47,466 nucleotides of DNA, from positions 1-47,466 of the forward strand of contig CALWSW010000002.1 in NCBI GenBank assembly GCA_944384305.1. Direction: 5' to 3'. This document shows, piece by piece, positions 1 to 8,109 of this stretch. Within the stretch, counting starts at the first letter, position 1. Each line of letters opens with the position of its first letter. The DNA comes from an uncultured Christensenellaceae bacterium. Its GTDB lineage: Bacteria > Bacillota > Clostridia > Christensenellales > CALWSW01. The notes beneath the pieces are model-generated. The model was not told the origin of the DNA and searched no databases. It saw only the letters and a program-made list of their open reading frames with translations. The position numbers and the translations under genes were made by a program.

Positions 1-629
1 CCCATGGCGGCCGGGCCGTACATTCCCACGGCCTTGGCGTGCTCAAAGGCAGCGGCGGGCTTGCCGGGAACGGCGGTATTTAGCTTGACGAGCGAGGGGT
101 CCACCGCCATGACCATCGAGGTCTCCATTTCGCCGCCGTGGAAGTCCCACACGTTGCCGGGCGAAACCGTGGCCTTGACGTCGGGGTGAGAAAACGCGCC
201 CGAGGACAGGTAAAAGGGAAAAATGCCGTATTCGCTGCGCAGCTCGCGGCTGAGCACCTGCACGATGGGGGCATTGCCGCCGTGGCAGATCAAAAACACT
301 AGCTTCTGAAAGCCGTGGTGCACCAGGCTTTCGCAAATGTCGTGCAGCAGACGGTAGTAGGTGTCCGGGTGGAAGGTGATGGAGCCGCAGAAGTTTTTGT
401 GCTCGGTGGAGAGCCCCACGGGCAGTACCGGGAAGACGAGCATGGGAAAGTCCTCTGGCAGCTCGCGCTTTAAGCGCTCGGCCATCGCCTCGGCAATGAT
501 GGCGTCGGTGCCCAAAGGCGCCTGGTTGCCGTGCTGCTCCAAAGCCCCAAGGGGCAGAAGAACAATGGTGTTTTTGCGGTCCAGCTGCTCCATTTCCAGC
601 CGGGTCAGGTCGCGGTAGCTGCGGATCAT
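1..629 (-). CDS. creatininase-family amidohydrolase (N-terminal ~209 codons; the 3' end runs off the window)
   Basis: This gene is absent from the ORF track because it runs off the window edge. My own translation from the ATG at 629-627 gives MIRSYRDLTRLEMEQLDRKNTIVLLPLGALEQHGNQAPLGTD...STEH...CHGGN...HGGEMETS. These match the metal-ligand motifs of the creatininase/ArfB/MftE fold. The ATG overlaps the ribU stop codon as ATGA. Confidence 0.8.
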   Translation of the reverse strand, partial: MIRSYRDLTRLEMEQLDRKNTIVLLPLGALEQHGNQAPLGTDAIIAEAMAERLKRELPEDFPMLVFPVLPVGLSTEHKNFCGSITFHPDTYYRLLHDICESLVHHGFQKLVFLICHGGNAPIVQVLSRELRSEYGIFPFYLSSGAFSHPDVKATVSPGNVWDFHGGEMETSMVMAVDPSLVKLNTAVPGKPAAAFEHAKAVGMYGPAAM

Positions 630-1288
630 GCGGCCGCTCCTTTCGTGGCGGGCGCGGCGGGCGCTTCCGCCTTCTTCACGCCGAAGGCGTGCACGTGGTC
701 GAGCCGGGTGTAGAGCACGTAGCCGATGAAGCAGTTCAAAATGCCCTTGACGAGGTTGAAGGGGATGGTCGCCAGGATGATGAAGGTGCCCAGATTGGTG
801 ATGGAGGAGTTAAAGCTCGAGACCATGAGCACCACGCCGTCGATCGTCGTGCCGTAGGCCGCGGCGTACATGGGCAGGGTGATGAAGGCGTTGACCAGGC
901 AGGAGAACGCCACCCGCACCGGCACGGAAACGGCCAAAGAGGCCTTGGCGGCGCGCCTGGTGCGGCCCATGCCGCGGTACACTAGCCAAATGGGGAAGAT
1001 GAAGAAGACGATGCCGATGACGTTGGCCAGCTCGCCCACAAAGGCGGAATTGGTGCCCGAGAGGATGAGCTTGATGACGAGCTTGATGAGCTCGATGGAA
1101 ATGCCCGAGACCGGGCCGTAAGCAAAGGTACCGATGATGGCGGGCACGTCGCTGAAGTCCAGCTTGTAGAACACCGGCATCATGGGCAGAGAAACTTCGA
1201 ACGACATGAGCACGCCGGCCACGGCGGCCAGCATGGCGGTGGTCACAAAGACCCGCAGGTTCCGTTTTTGAGCAGTTTGCAGTTTCAT
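626..1288 (-). CDS. ribU: ECF transporter S component, riboflavin-specific (RibU-like)
   Basis: The track ORF 626..1468 is trimmed to the ATG at 1288, which has an AAGGAG Shine-Dalgarno 10 nt upstream. The protein begins MKLQTAQKRNLRVFVTTAMLAAVAGVLMSF and is a multi-TM ECF S-component-like sequence. It lies directly downstream of an FMN riboswitch. Confidence 0.85.
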   Translation of the reverse strand: MKLQTAQKRNLRVFVTTAMLAAVAGVLMSFEVSLPMMPVFYKLDFSDVPAIIGTFAYGPVSGISIELIKLVIKLILSGTNSAFVGELANVIGIVFFIFPIWLVYRGMGRTRRAAKASLAVSVPVRVAFSCLVNAFITLPMYAAAYGTTIDGVVLMVSSFNSSITNLGTFIILATIPFNLVKGILNCFIGYVLYTRLDHVHAFGVKKAEAPAAPATKGAAA

Positions 1289-1359
1289 TGAACATGCGCT
1301 CCTTAAATGGTAGATTGCAAACCGGCCAAGCCCCCAAAGTGGAAGGCAGACCGCTATGC

Positions 1360-1383
1360 AAAAACCCGGGCACGGGGCCCGGG
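1360..1383 (-). terminator. second terminator-like GC hairpin in the ribU leader
   Basis: The minus strand reads CCCGGG-ccccgtg-CCCGGG followed by TTTTT. It lies between the riboswitch terminator and the ribU RBS. Confidence 0.4.
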
Positions 1384-1427
1384 AGAACGCACGAACTCGA
1401 TTTGCTGCAAGGCGAAGCGCCGCAGGG

Positions 1428-1459
1428 AAAAACAAAAACCCCGAACGAACGCTTCGGGG
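1428..1459 (-). terminator. FMN riboswitch expression-platform terminator
   Basis: The minus strand reads CCCCGAAgcgttcgTTCGGGG followed by TTTTTGTTTTT, immediately 3' of the aptamer. Confidence 0.7.
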
Positions 1460-1477
1460 AATGCACACAAAAAAGAG

Positions 1478-1592
1478 GATCTGTCTTCTCTCATCCAGAC
1501 TGTAACTGTTGGTTTTGGAATTTCACCAAATCGGCCCGAAGGTTCGCGGACTGTACCGCCAGTAGGGAATTGCACCCTGCCCCGAAGAACTT
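1478..1592 (-). promoter_or_regulatory. FMN riboswitch (RFN element) aptamer
   Basis: The minus strand reads guucuucggggcagggugcaauucccuacuggcgguacaguccgcgaaccuucgggccgauuuggugaaauuccaaaaccaacaguuacagucuggaugagagaagac. This matches the conserved RFN core blocks (cuucggggcagggug.aauuccc, gauuuggugaaauuccaaaacc, agucuggaug.gagaag). Confidence 0.9.
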
Positions 1593-1609
1593 ATTCAGTT
1601 TGTAGTTCG

Positions 1610-1638
1610 ATTATAGCACCGCGTTTTTTGCCTGTCAA
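1610..1638 (-). promoter_or_regulatory. sigma-A type promoter of the riboswitch-ribU operon
   Basis: On the minus strand there is TTGACA (1638-1633), a 17-nt spacer and TATAAT (1615-1610). Both hexamers match the consensus perfectly, about 15 nt upstream of the aptamer. Confidence 0.7.
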
Positions 1639-1771
1639 GGACTGTGTGAAGAAATGAAAAAGGAGGATCTTGAACCATAAAGCACGTGAAAAACAAACAT
1701 TTAAAGGTGGGGTTGGTGGTATTACTAGACTTGTATATACAATAAAATCACATAAAATTGAAAAATAAATG

Positions 1772-1800
1772 TTGACTATTGACAAATAATGGCCTATACT
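1772..1800 (+). promoter_or_regulatory. candidate sigma-A promoter for hppA
   Basis: TTGACT (1772-1777), a 17-nt spacer and TATACT (1795-1800) sit in an AT-rich spacer. This would give a leader of about 230 nt before hppA. Confidence 0.5.
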
Positions 1801-2036
1801 ATATTTGTGGAATAAGTGGTTGAGCGATATGTCAAAAATTTTTCCAATTCGTTCGCCGCTGCTCCCGACTCTCCCAGTGCTGTGTTTTTTCCGGTTAGGG
1901 CCTTTACAGCGCTGCTTTTCAGAACATTTCGTCTTTTCATTTCCTTTCTTCCGGCAAAAGTGCCGCCTGCGATGTTCTTTTGCCTGTTCTTTCAGCAATT
2001 TTACAAAATATTGGCAAGAAAGGTAGGGTGGTTTGA

Positions 2037-4121
2037 GTGGAACAACAGCTTTCTCTCTTCTACGGTCTGTCGTTTCTCGTCGCCGTCATTGCGTTTGCCT
2101 TTGCCGCGTACCTCTATTTGTGGGTCAAGCGGCAGAAGACCACAAACGCCACGATCCAGGAGGTGGCCGTGCTCATCCGGCAGGGCGCCAACACCTTTAT
2201 GCGGCGGGAATACAAAGTGCTGGCCAAATTTGCAGCGGTGGCGGCCGTGGTCATTCTGGTGCTGCTGCCCTCGCCCATTTGGCAGGGCGAACCGCTGAAA
2301 AACGTTGCCATGGCGCTTTCGTACATTGCGGGCACGGTGCTTTCGGCCATTGCCGGCAAGATCGGCATCATGGTGGCAACGCTTTCCAACGCCCGCACGG
2401 CCGAGGCCGCGCAGAAGGGCATTAAGCCGGCGTTTTTGATCGGTTTCCGCGGCGGCGCCGTGATGGGCCTTTTGGTGGTGGGCTGTTCGCTTCTGGGCGT
2501 GGCGGCCGTGCTGATGCTCACGGGCGACTCCAGCATTCTGCTGGGCTTCTCCTTTGGCGCGAGCTCGCTGGCGCTGTTTGCCAAGGCCGGCGGCGGCATC
2601 TTCACCAAAACGGCCGACGTTTCGGCCGACCTTACGGGCAAGGTCGAGCTGGGCATTCCCGAAGACGACCCCCGCAACCCCGCCGTTATTGCCGACAACG
2701 TGGGCGACAACGTGGGCGACGTGGCCGGCATGGGGGCCGACCTGTTTGACTCCAACGTGGCGGCCATGGCTTCGGCACTGGTCATCGCGCAGTCGCTCAG
2801 CGGCGATTTTGCCAACACCTCCATGGTGTTCTGCTACGCCATTTTGGGCCTGCTCGCGTCCATTCTGGGCATTGCAACGGCCAGGATCGGCAAAAACGGC
2901 AATCCCACCCGGGCGCTCAACTCTTCGACCTATGTGACCACCGTCATCTTCCTGGTGCTCACGGCCGGCGCAACGCTGCTGTTCGAGGGGTTCTCGTGGC
3001 GCATTTGGGGCGCTGCGGCTGTCGGGCTGCTGGTGGGCGTGATCATTGGCGTTACCACCGACTACTTTACCGACGACACGAAACCTATTGTGCAGCGGGT
3101 GGCACGCGCTTCCCGCACCGGCCCGGCCTTTACAGTGCTTTCGGGCATCTCCTACGGCCTCATCTCCGCTCTGCCCGCCATGGTCGGCATCGCCATTTCT
3201 GCTCTGGCGGCCTACAAGCTGTGCGAACCCATGGGCCCTGGCTACGCCATCTTCGGCATCTCCATGGCGGCGGTCGGCATGCTTTCCATCGTGGGCATGA
3301 TCATTTCCAACGACGCTTACGGCCCCATTGTAGACAACGCCCGCGGCCTGGCCGAAATGGGCGGATTGGGCGAAGAGACCATTCGCGCCGCCGACGAGCT
3401 GGACAGCGCCGGCAACACCGTAAAAGCCATCACCAAGGGCTTCTCCATTGCGGCGGCAGGCCTCACGGTCATTTCCCTGTTGGGCGCCTTCATGTCAGAG
3501 GCGAACGCCGCGCTTGCCGAAGCGGGGCGCGAGCTGATCAACGTGTTCGACATCATGTCCCCCACGGTGTTCTTCGGCATCCTCATCGGCGCGGCCATTC
3601 CCGCGGTGTTCTCGGCCATGCTCATTCTGGGCGTGGATAAAAACGCCCAGCGCATGGTCAAGGAGATCCACCGTCAGTTCGACGACATCCCCGGGCTGCG
3701 CGAGGGCAAGGAAGGCGTCAAGCCGGAATACGGCAAGTGCATCGATATCGCCACGTCCGGCGCCATCAAAGAGCTGATCCCCGCCGGGCTCATGAGCATC
3801 CTGGCTACGCTTGTGGTCGGCTTTGTGGGCGGCCCGGAGGCCATTGGCGGCTTCCTGCTGGGCAACATCGTCAGCGGCCTGCTGCTCGCGCTGTTCATGT
3901 CGAACTCCGGCGGGCTGTGGGATAACTCCAAGAAGTACATCGAGGCGGGCAGTGAAGGCGGCAAGGGCAGCGAAGCGCACAAGGCCGCCGTCATCGGCGA
4001 CACTGTGGGCGACCCCTTTAAAGACACGGCCGGCCCCTCCATCAACACGCAGATCACCGTGGTCTCGCTGGTTTCTTCGCTGGCGTCTTCGCTCTTTGTG
4101 TGGTTCTCGCTCTTCCAATAA
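2037..4121 (+). CDS. hppA: membrane-bound pyrophosphate-energized proton pump (K+-insensitive type)
   Basis: The 694-aa polytopic protein has a GTG start. It carries the H+-PPase motifs GGGIFTKTADVSADLTGKVE, DNVGDNVGDVAGMGADLF and GDTVGDPFKDTAGPSIN. The NTVKAITKG motif has Lys at the position that is diagnostic for K+-independent enzymes. Confidence 0.95.
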   Translation: MEQQLSLFYGLSFLVAVIAFAFAAYLYLWVKRQKTTNATIQEVAVLIRQGANTFMRREYKVLAKFAAVAAVVILVLLPSPIWQGEPLKNVAMALSYIAGTVLSAIAGKIGIMVATLSNARTAEAAQKGIKPAFLIGFRGGAVMGLLVVGCSLLGVAAVLMLTGDSSILLGFSFGASSLALFAKAGGGIFTKTADVSADLTGKVELGIPEDDPRNPAVIADNVGDNVGDVAGMGADLFDSNVAAMASALVIAQSLSGDFANTSMVFCYAILGLLASILGIATARIGKNGNPTRALNSSTYVTTVIFLVLTAGATLLFEGFSWRIWGAAAVGLLVGVIIGVTTDYFTDDTKPIVQRVARASRTGPAFTVLSGISYGLISALPAMVGIAISALAAYKLCEPMGPGYAIFGISMAAVGMLSIVGMIISNDAYGPIVDNARGLAEMGGLGEETIRAADELDSAGNTVKAITKGFSIAAAGLTVISLLGAFMSEANAALAEAGRELINVFDIMSPTVFFGILIGAAIPAVFSAMLILGVDKNAQRMVKEIHRQFDDIPGLREGKEGVKPEYGKCIDIATSGAIKELIPAGLMSILATLVVGFVGGPEAIGGFLLGNIVSGLLLALFMSNSGGLWDNSKKYIEAGSEGGKGSEAHKAAVIGDTVGDPFKDTAGPSINTQITVVSLVSSLASSLFVWFSLFQ

Positions 4122-4150
4122 GCGATCGGTGTTTTAAGCAATAGGGGCTT

Positions 4151-4188
4151 GCGGGCGGCGCGTTTGCGCCGCCCGTTTCCAATCTTTT
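4151..4188 (+). terminator. hppA terminator hairpin
   Basis: GCGGGCGGCGC-gttt-GCGCCGCCCG is followed by a T-rich run (tttccaatctttt). A second hairpin, CAGGGCGCAAC-cgca-GGTTGCGCCCTG, lies at 4202-4228. Confidence 0.55.
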
Positions 4189-4296
4189 CAAGAGAAAAAC
4201 GCAGGGCGCAACCGCAGGTTGCGCCCTGGTTGGTGGCGCAGGCAGCCAGGGTTTGCTATCATAAAGCAAAAGAAGAAGCAAAAGGAGGGATAGCGC

Positions 4297-5109
4297 ATGA
4301 CGCTTGCCGAGCGCATCAAGGCCTGCCGGGCAGCAGCCGGGCTCTCGCAGGAAAAGGTGGCCGAGGCGGTGGGGGTCTCCCGCCAGGCTGTGGCCAAGTG
4401 GGAGAGCGGCCAGAGCGCCCCGGGCATGGAGAACCTGTTTAAGCTGGCGGAGCTCTTCGGAACGACTGCCGACCTGCTGCTTTGCCCGGAGAAGCCGTCT
4501 GCAAGGGAAGGGGAAGAACAGCTGAACGAAGCCGGGGTCGCCGCGCGCCTGTTTGCCCTGCAAAAAGAAGAAGAGGCCAGGGTGCGCGCCCAGCGGCGGG
4601 CGCGCCGCAAACAAAACCTTCTGCTCGCGGCGGCGGCATTGGCGGTTTACGCGCTGTTTTACGCGGTGCTGCGCCTGAGTTTTGACTCCCCGCAGGGGCG
4701 GCCGCTCTTGGGGTGGCTGTTTGCTGCCGGAGATTCTCAAAGCTATTTGCTGGGCTGGCTGTGCCGCACCGGCCTGTGGTGGGCGTGCGCGGCGCTCGGT
4801 GTCCTGCTGGCGCTCTTTGGAAAGCGCCGCTGTGCAGTGGTTACGGCAGCGGGCTTTGCAGCAGGGTTTTTGCTGGGCGAGCTGTTTGGCCCCAATCCGC
4901 AGGGGGCGTTTACCGGCAGCACGCACTACGGCTGGGCGATCTGGGGCGGTGTGTTTTTGCTTTCACTCGCCATGGGCTGTGCGCTTGAGGTCATGGCAAA
5001 CAGGGGGTGCTCGCTGCGCTCCCGCGCAGGCGCCGTGTGGGCGGGGGTCTTCCTTCTGGGCGCGGCGGGCGTTGTGATCCTGGTCTGCCTCGGGAAGTCC
5101 CATGTTTAG
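4297..5109 (+). CDS. XRE-family HTH protein fused to a C-terminal multi-TM domain
   Basis: The N-terminus is MTLAERIKACRAAAGLSQEKVAEAVGVSRQAVAKWESGQSAPGMENLFKLAELFGTTADLLL, an HTH_3-like domain. It is followed by a charged linker and about 5-6 hydrophobic helices. The RBS is AAAGGAGGG. Confidence 0.8.
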   Translation: MTLAERIKACRAAAGLSQEKVAEAVGVSRQAVAKWESGQSAPGMENLFKLAELFGTTADLLLCPEKPSAREGEEQLNEAGVAARLFALQKEEEARVRAQRRARRKQNLLLAAAALAVYALFYAVLRLSFDSPQGRPLLGWLFAAGDSQSYLLGWLCRTGLWWACAALGVLLALFGKRRCAVVTAAGFAAGFLLGELFGPNPQGAFTGSTHYGWAIWGGVFLLSLAMGCALEVMANRGCSLRSRAGAVWAGVFLLGAAGVVILVCLGKSHV

Positions 5110-5192
5110 GGGAGGCACATAAAAAGGCGCCGTTGAAAAACAAACGCACGAAATCACAGTTTTTGGAACAACGGCTGCTTTAGAATTTATTT

Positions 5193-5351
5193 GATCGAAT
5201 CTGACAATTTAATTGTCGGATTCGCAGAGCTTTTCTGAAAGAAAAGTCTCCCTGCACCGTTCGTTGGCCGGGAGCACCGAAAAAGGGCGACCAAGCGAAC
5301 GGTGTAAAACTCGCAAAAAAGGCTGTCGCAAAATTGGCGACAGCCTTTTTT
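5193..5351 (-). repeat. intergenic modular palindromic element, copy A (short form)
   Basis: Copy A shares three modules with copy B (8110-8408). These are the gatcgaatcYgacRattta module, the gcttttctgaaagaaaag hairpin plus ctgcaccgttcgYtggccgg arm, and the ggcSRccaagcgaacggYg...actcgc...terminator hairpin module. Confidence 0.65.
5321..5351. terminator. bidirectional terminator between the XRE-TM gene and the PepSY gene
   Basis: GGCTGTCGC-aaaatt-GGCGACAGCC is flanked by AAAAAA on the left and TTTTTT on the right. Confidence 0.7.
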
Positions 5352-5390
5352 GTGTGGTGCTGGCCGCACCGGCCGGCGAAGAAGAGCGGA

Positions 5391-6080
5391 TCAGTAGCGG
5401 TATTCTTCGTTCCAGCTGGTGATGACGCCGGTGGCAGCGTCGATCTCGAACTCGTACTCGACGTTGTTGTAGTAAATGGTGCCTTCGAAGCAGTCGCGGC
5501 CGTCGTCCCGATCCTGTTCCACATAGCCGTTTTCGGCGGTCGCGCCGGAGATGCGGGCCAGGGCGATGGCGAGTGCGCCGTCGCGGTCAACGGGCGTGCC
5601 GGTCAGGCTGTTGATGGCCTGGCGGGTTATTTCAAAATCGCGCTCCCAAATGGTGCCGTCGGCGGCAGCGATTTTGTACTCGTACTCGTAAGTGCCGTCC
5701 ATAAAGTTGACTTCGTACACCTCGCGGCCGTCGTCGCGGTCGGGCTCCACCCACTGGCTGGTCAGGTCGGCTTCGGTCAGGCCGGCGTCAGAAAGGGCGA
5801 TCTCCAGCGCCTGAGCGTCGGTGATGTTGCCGGTGCTGCCAGCGGCGGGCGTGTTCTGGGGGGCGGCGGTGGGGTCGGTGGTGTTGACCGTGGGCGCGAA
5901 GGGCTCGTTCGAAGAAGCGGTGTTCTGCGGGGGCGTGGCGGTGGGATCGGCCGCCGCGGCGCCGGACTGCGTGCTGTTGGGGGTAGTGGTCACGGCGTTC
6001 TGCTGCGGGGCGGAGCAGCCCACGGCCAGAACGGCCACAAAAAGTGCCAGGACCAGGGAAAGGGCGATTCTTATTTTCAT
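5391..6080 (-). CDS. lipoprotein with two PepSY-like domains
   Basis: The track ORF is trimmed to the ATG at 6080, with a GGAGG Shine-Dalgarno 8 nt upstream. The signal peptide MKIRIALSLVLALFVAVLAVGCS ends in a lipobox. An Ala/Thr/Pro-rich linker follows. Two repeats of the form ...A..IAL..AG......VE.DRDDGR..YE... then match the PepSY pattern. Confidence 0.8.
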   Translation of the reverse strand: MKIRIALSLVLALFVAVLAVGCSAPQQNAVTTTPNSTQSGAAAADPTATPPQNTASSNEPFAPTVNTTDPTAAPQNTPAAGSTGNITDAQALEIALSDAGLTEADLTSQWVEPDRDDGREVYEVNFMDGTYEYEYKIAAADGTIWERDFEITRQAINSLTGTPVDRDGALAIALARISGATAENGYVEQDRDDGRDCFEGTIYYNNVEYEFEIDAATGVITSWNEEYRY

Positions 6081-6301
6081 TGCTGCAACCTCCAATTTTG
6101 ATTTCTTTGTTGTTGTTTTTTGTTGGTTCCTTCAGTTGTTGACTTTAGTATACGCGGCAAAAATTAAGCCAACATTAATGACTGAAAATTTTTTTGCACA
6201 GGTGTTCAGGACTCAGCGCGGGCCAGAAGCACAAAGGCCCACCGCACACCAAAGTGCGCGGTGGGCAGGCCGCCGGCTGTTTGCCGGAAGCAAAGGGAGC
6301 A

Positions 6302-7843
6302 TTAGTCGTATTTGCCGTTGAGCTTGTTGTCCCAGTAGTACTGCATGGTCTCGATGAGATCCTTCCATTCGGCGTAGCGCTTGTTGAGGATCTCTACATG
6401 CTCGGGGATGGGGTGGAAGGGCGGACGGAGCTTGACGACCTTGGCGCAGGCATCGTCATAATCTTTGTACACGCCGGCGGCAATACCGGCGCACATGGCG
6501 CAGCCCAGCGCGCCCGCTTCCACGCACTCGGCGCACTCCACCGTCAGGTTCATGGCGTCGGCAAAGAGCTGCGACCACTCGTCCGAACGGGTAATGCCGC
6601 CCGCAATGCGGCACTTTACAGGGGGCGTGCCTTCGGCGTCTGCCATCTTTTCAAAGTGGTAGCGGTGAATGAAGGCCACGCCTTCGGCCAGCGCGTACAC
6701 CAGTTCTTCGTAGCGGGTACCGGTGTGCAGGTTGAAGAAGTTGCCCTTGGCGGCGTCGTGCACGCTCGGCAGGCTGAGGAAGGGGTGGTAGAACACCGTG
6801 GTGCCGCCCACGCCCACGCTCGCGATCATTTCGTTGAGCACGTCGAACTTGCTGGTGCCGTGGCCGCGGCGCACCGCTTCGTCTTTGGCGCGGTCGCCCA
6901 GGTTGTTGGCGAACCACTCGTAGTTCGAAGCCGAAGAAGCGGTGTTGCTCGAAAGCTGGTACTTGCCTTTGACCATGAAGGGCATGTTCATGACCATGGG
7001 CTTGATGTAGAGCTGCTCGGTGGTGGCAACATTGCAGGACCACGTGCCGGCCAGCGCGGTGTAAATGTGGGGCTCAATGCCGCCGGCGCCCAGCTGGCAG
7101 GCCAGCATGTCCATCATGCAGGCCGCAACGGGCGTGCCTTCCTTCAGGCCGGTTGCAGCGGCCGCTTCGGCGGTGATGGTGCCGATGGTATCGGAAGAGC
7201 TGTAGGCGATCTTGGGCAGCTTGTCGTACATTTCGGGAATGCCGTAAAGGTCCATCAGCTCCTTGGAATACTCAAAGGTATCCATGTTCAAAAGCCACGA
7301 ACCGCCGATGTTGTTCACGTCGCCCACGTTCTGGCCGGTCAGGCGGAAGGCCAGGAAGTCCTTAAAGAGCATCACGTAGCCGATCTTGTCGTACACTTCG
7401 CGGCGGTTTTCCTTGAACCAGCGCAGAATGGGGCCGGGCGAGCAGGAAGTGATGTCGCACTTGATGATGTCGCGGATCTTGTCGGCGGCGCCGCTGCGGC
7501 GGTACTCCTGCACCACGCCGGTGGCGCGGCTGTCGATGGAAAACGCGCAGGGGCCGATGTTTTCGCCGTTTTTGCCCAAAAAAGTCAGGCCGTTGCCAAA
7601 CGAGGTGATGCCGATGCCGATGATATCCTCGCCGCGGACGTTGCCGTTCACCATGGCGGTGCGGATGCAGGAAACGCAGTTGTCCCACTGCTGGTCAACG
7701 TCGAATTCCTCAAAACCGGGAGCCGAACGGGGGTATTCCTTTGCGCTCTTGTTGGCCGAAGCGATAAAGCTGCCCTCCAGGTCAAAAATAACGGCCTTGG
7801 TGGATGTGTTGCCGGCGTCGATGCCCATCAAATACTTTGCCAT
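6302..7843 (-). CDS. FGGY-family carbohydrate kinase
   Basis: The track ORF is trimmed to the ATG at 7843, with a GGAGGA Shine-Dalgarno. The N-terminus is MAKYLMGIDAGNTSTKAVIFDLEGSF. A C-terminal GGITRSDEWSQLFADAMN and ...GALGCAMCAGIAAGVY are typical of xylulokinase/glycerol-kinase-like FGGY enzymes. The substrate is unknown. Confidence 0.9.
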   Translation of the reverse strand: MAKYLMGIDAGNTSTKAVIFDLEGSFIASANKSAKEYPRSAPGFEEFDVDQQWDNCVSCIRTAMVNGNVRGEDIIGIGITSFGNGLTFLGKNGENIGPCAFSIDSRATGVVQEYRRSGAADKIRDIIKCDITSCSPGPILRWFKENRREVYDKIGYVMLFKDFLAFRLTGQNVGDVNNIGGSWLLNMDTFEYSKELMDLYGIPEMYDKLPKIAYSSSDTIGTITAEAAAATGLKEGTPVAACMMDMLACQLGAGGIEPHIYTALAGTWSCNVATTEQLYIKPMVMNMPFMVKGKYQLSSNTASSASNYEWFANNLGDRAKDEAVRRGHGTSKFDVLNEMIASVGVGGTTVFYHPFLSLPSVHDAAKGNFFNLHTGTRYEELVYALAEGVAFIHRYHFEKMADAEGTPPVKCRIAGGITRSDEWSQLFADAMNLTVECAECVEAGALGCAMCAGIAAGVYKDYDDACAKVVKLRPPFHPIPEHVEILNKRYAEWKDLIETMQYYWDNKLNGKYD

Positions 7844-8057
7844 TGGTTTCCTCCGAGATGTTGTGGTGTGCGATAAAATAAGGAACGATGTATTTCTGCC
7901 GCGCGATCTGCCGTGGCACGCGGAAACAGACCCTGAAAGACCGGCGCTAAAAAATGGCCGGAACAAACAACGCAGTACAAAACAAAAAAATGATATAAAA
8001 AATACAAAAGAGAAGGCTCAGCCGCAAGAAATTTCACAGATACCGCTTATATGTGTA

Positions 8058-8086
8058 ATCATAGCACGCAAAAGGAAATTTGTCCA
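8058..8086 (-). promoter_or_regulatory. candidate promoter of the FGGY kinase gene
   Basis: On the minus strand there is TGGACA (8086-8081), a 17-nt spacer and an extended -10 TGcTATGAT (-10 at 8063-8058). The -35 lies inside the perfect palindrome TTGTC-CA-GACAA (8080-8091). Confidence 0.5.
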
Positions 8087-8109
8087 GACAAAACAAGAGG
8101 CGCCCAAAG

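Noticed and set aside
1591-2298. ORFs 1591..1998(-) and 1816..2298(+) in the ribU/hppA divergent spacer.
   Set aside because: They cross the two promoters and the hppA start. They have odd K/R/C-rich or P/S/F-rich composition. The region is better explained as promoters plus the hppA leader.
6194-7876. A 560-aa plus-strand ORF that covers the whole FGGY kinase gene in antisense.
   Set aside because: This is a typical GC-rich shadow ORF. It is rich in Ala/Gly/Val/His/Arg, has no recognisable motifs and no RBS. The opposite strand encodes a clear FGGY kinase.
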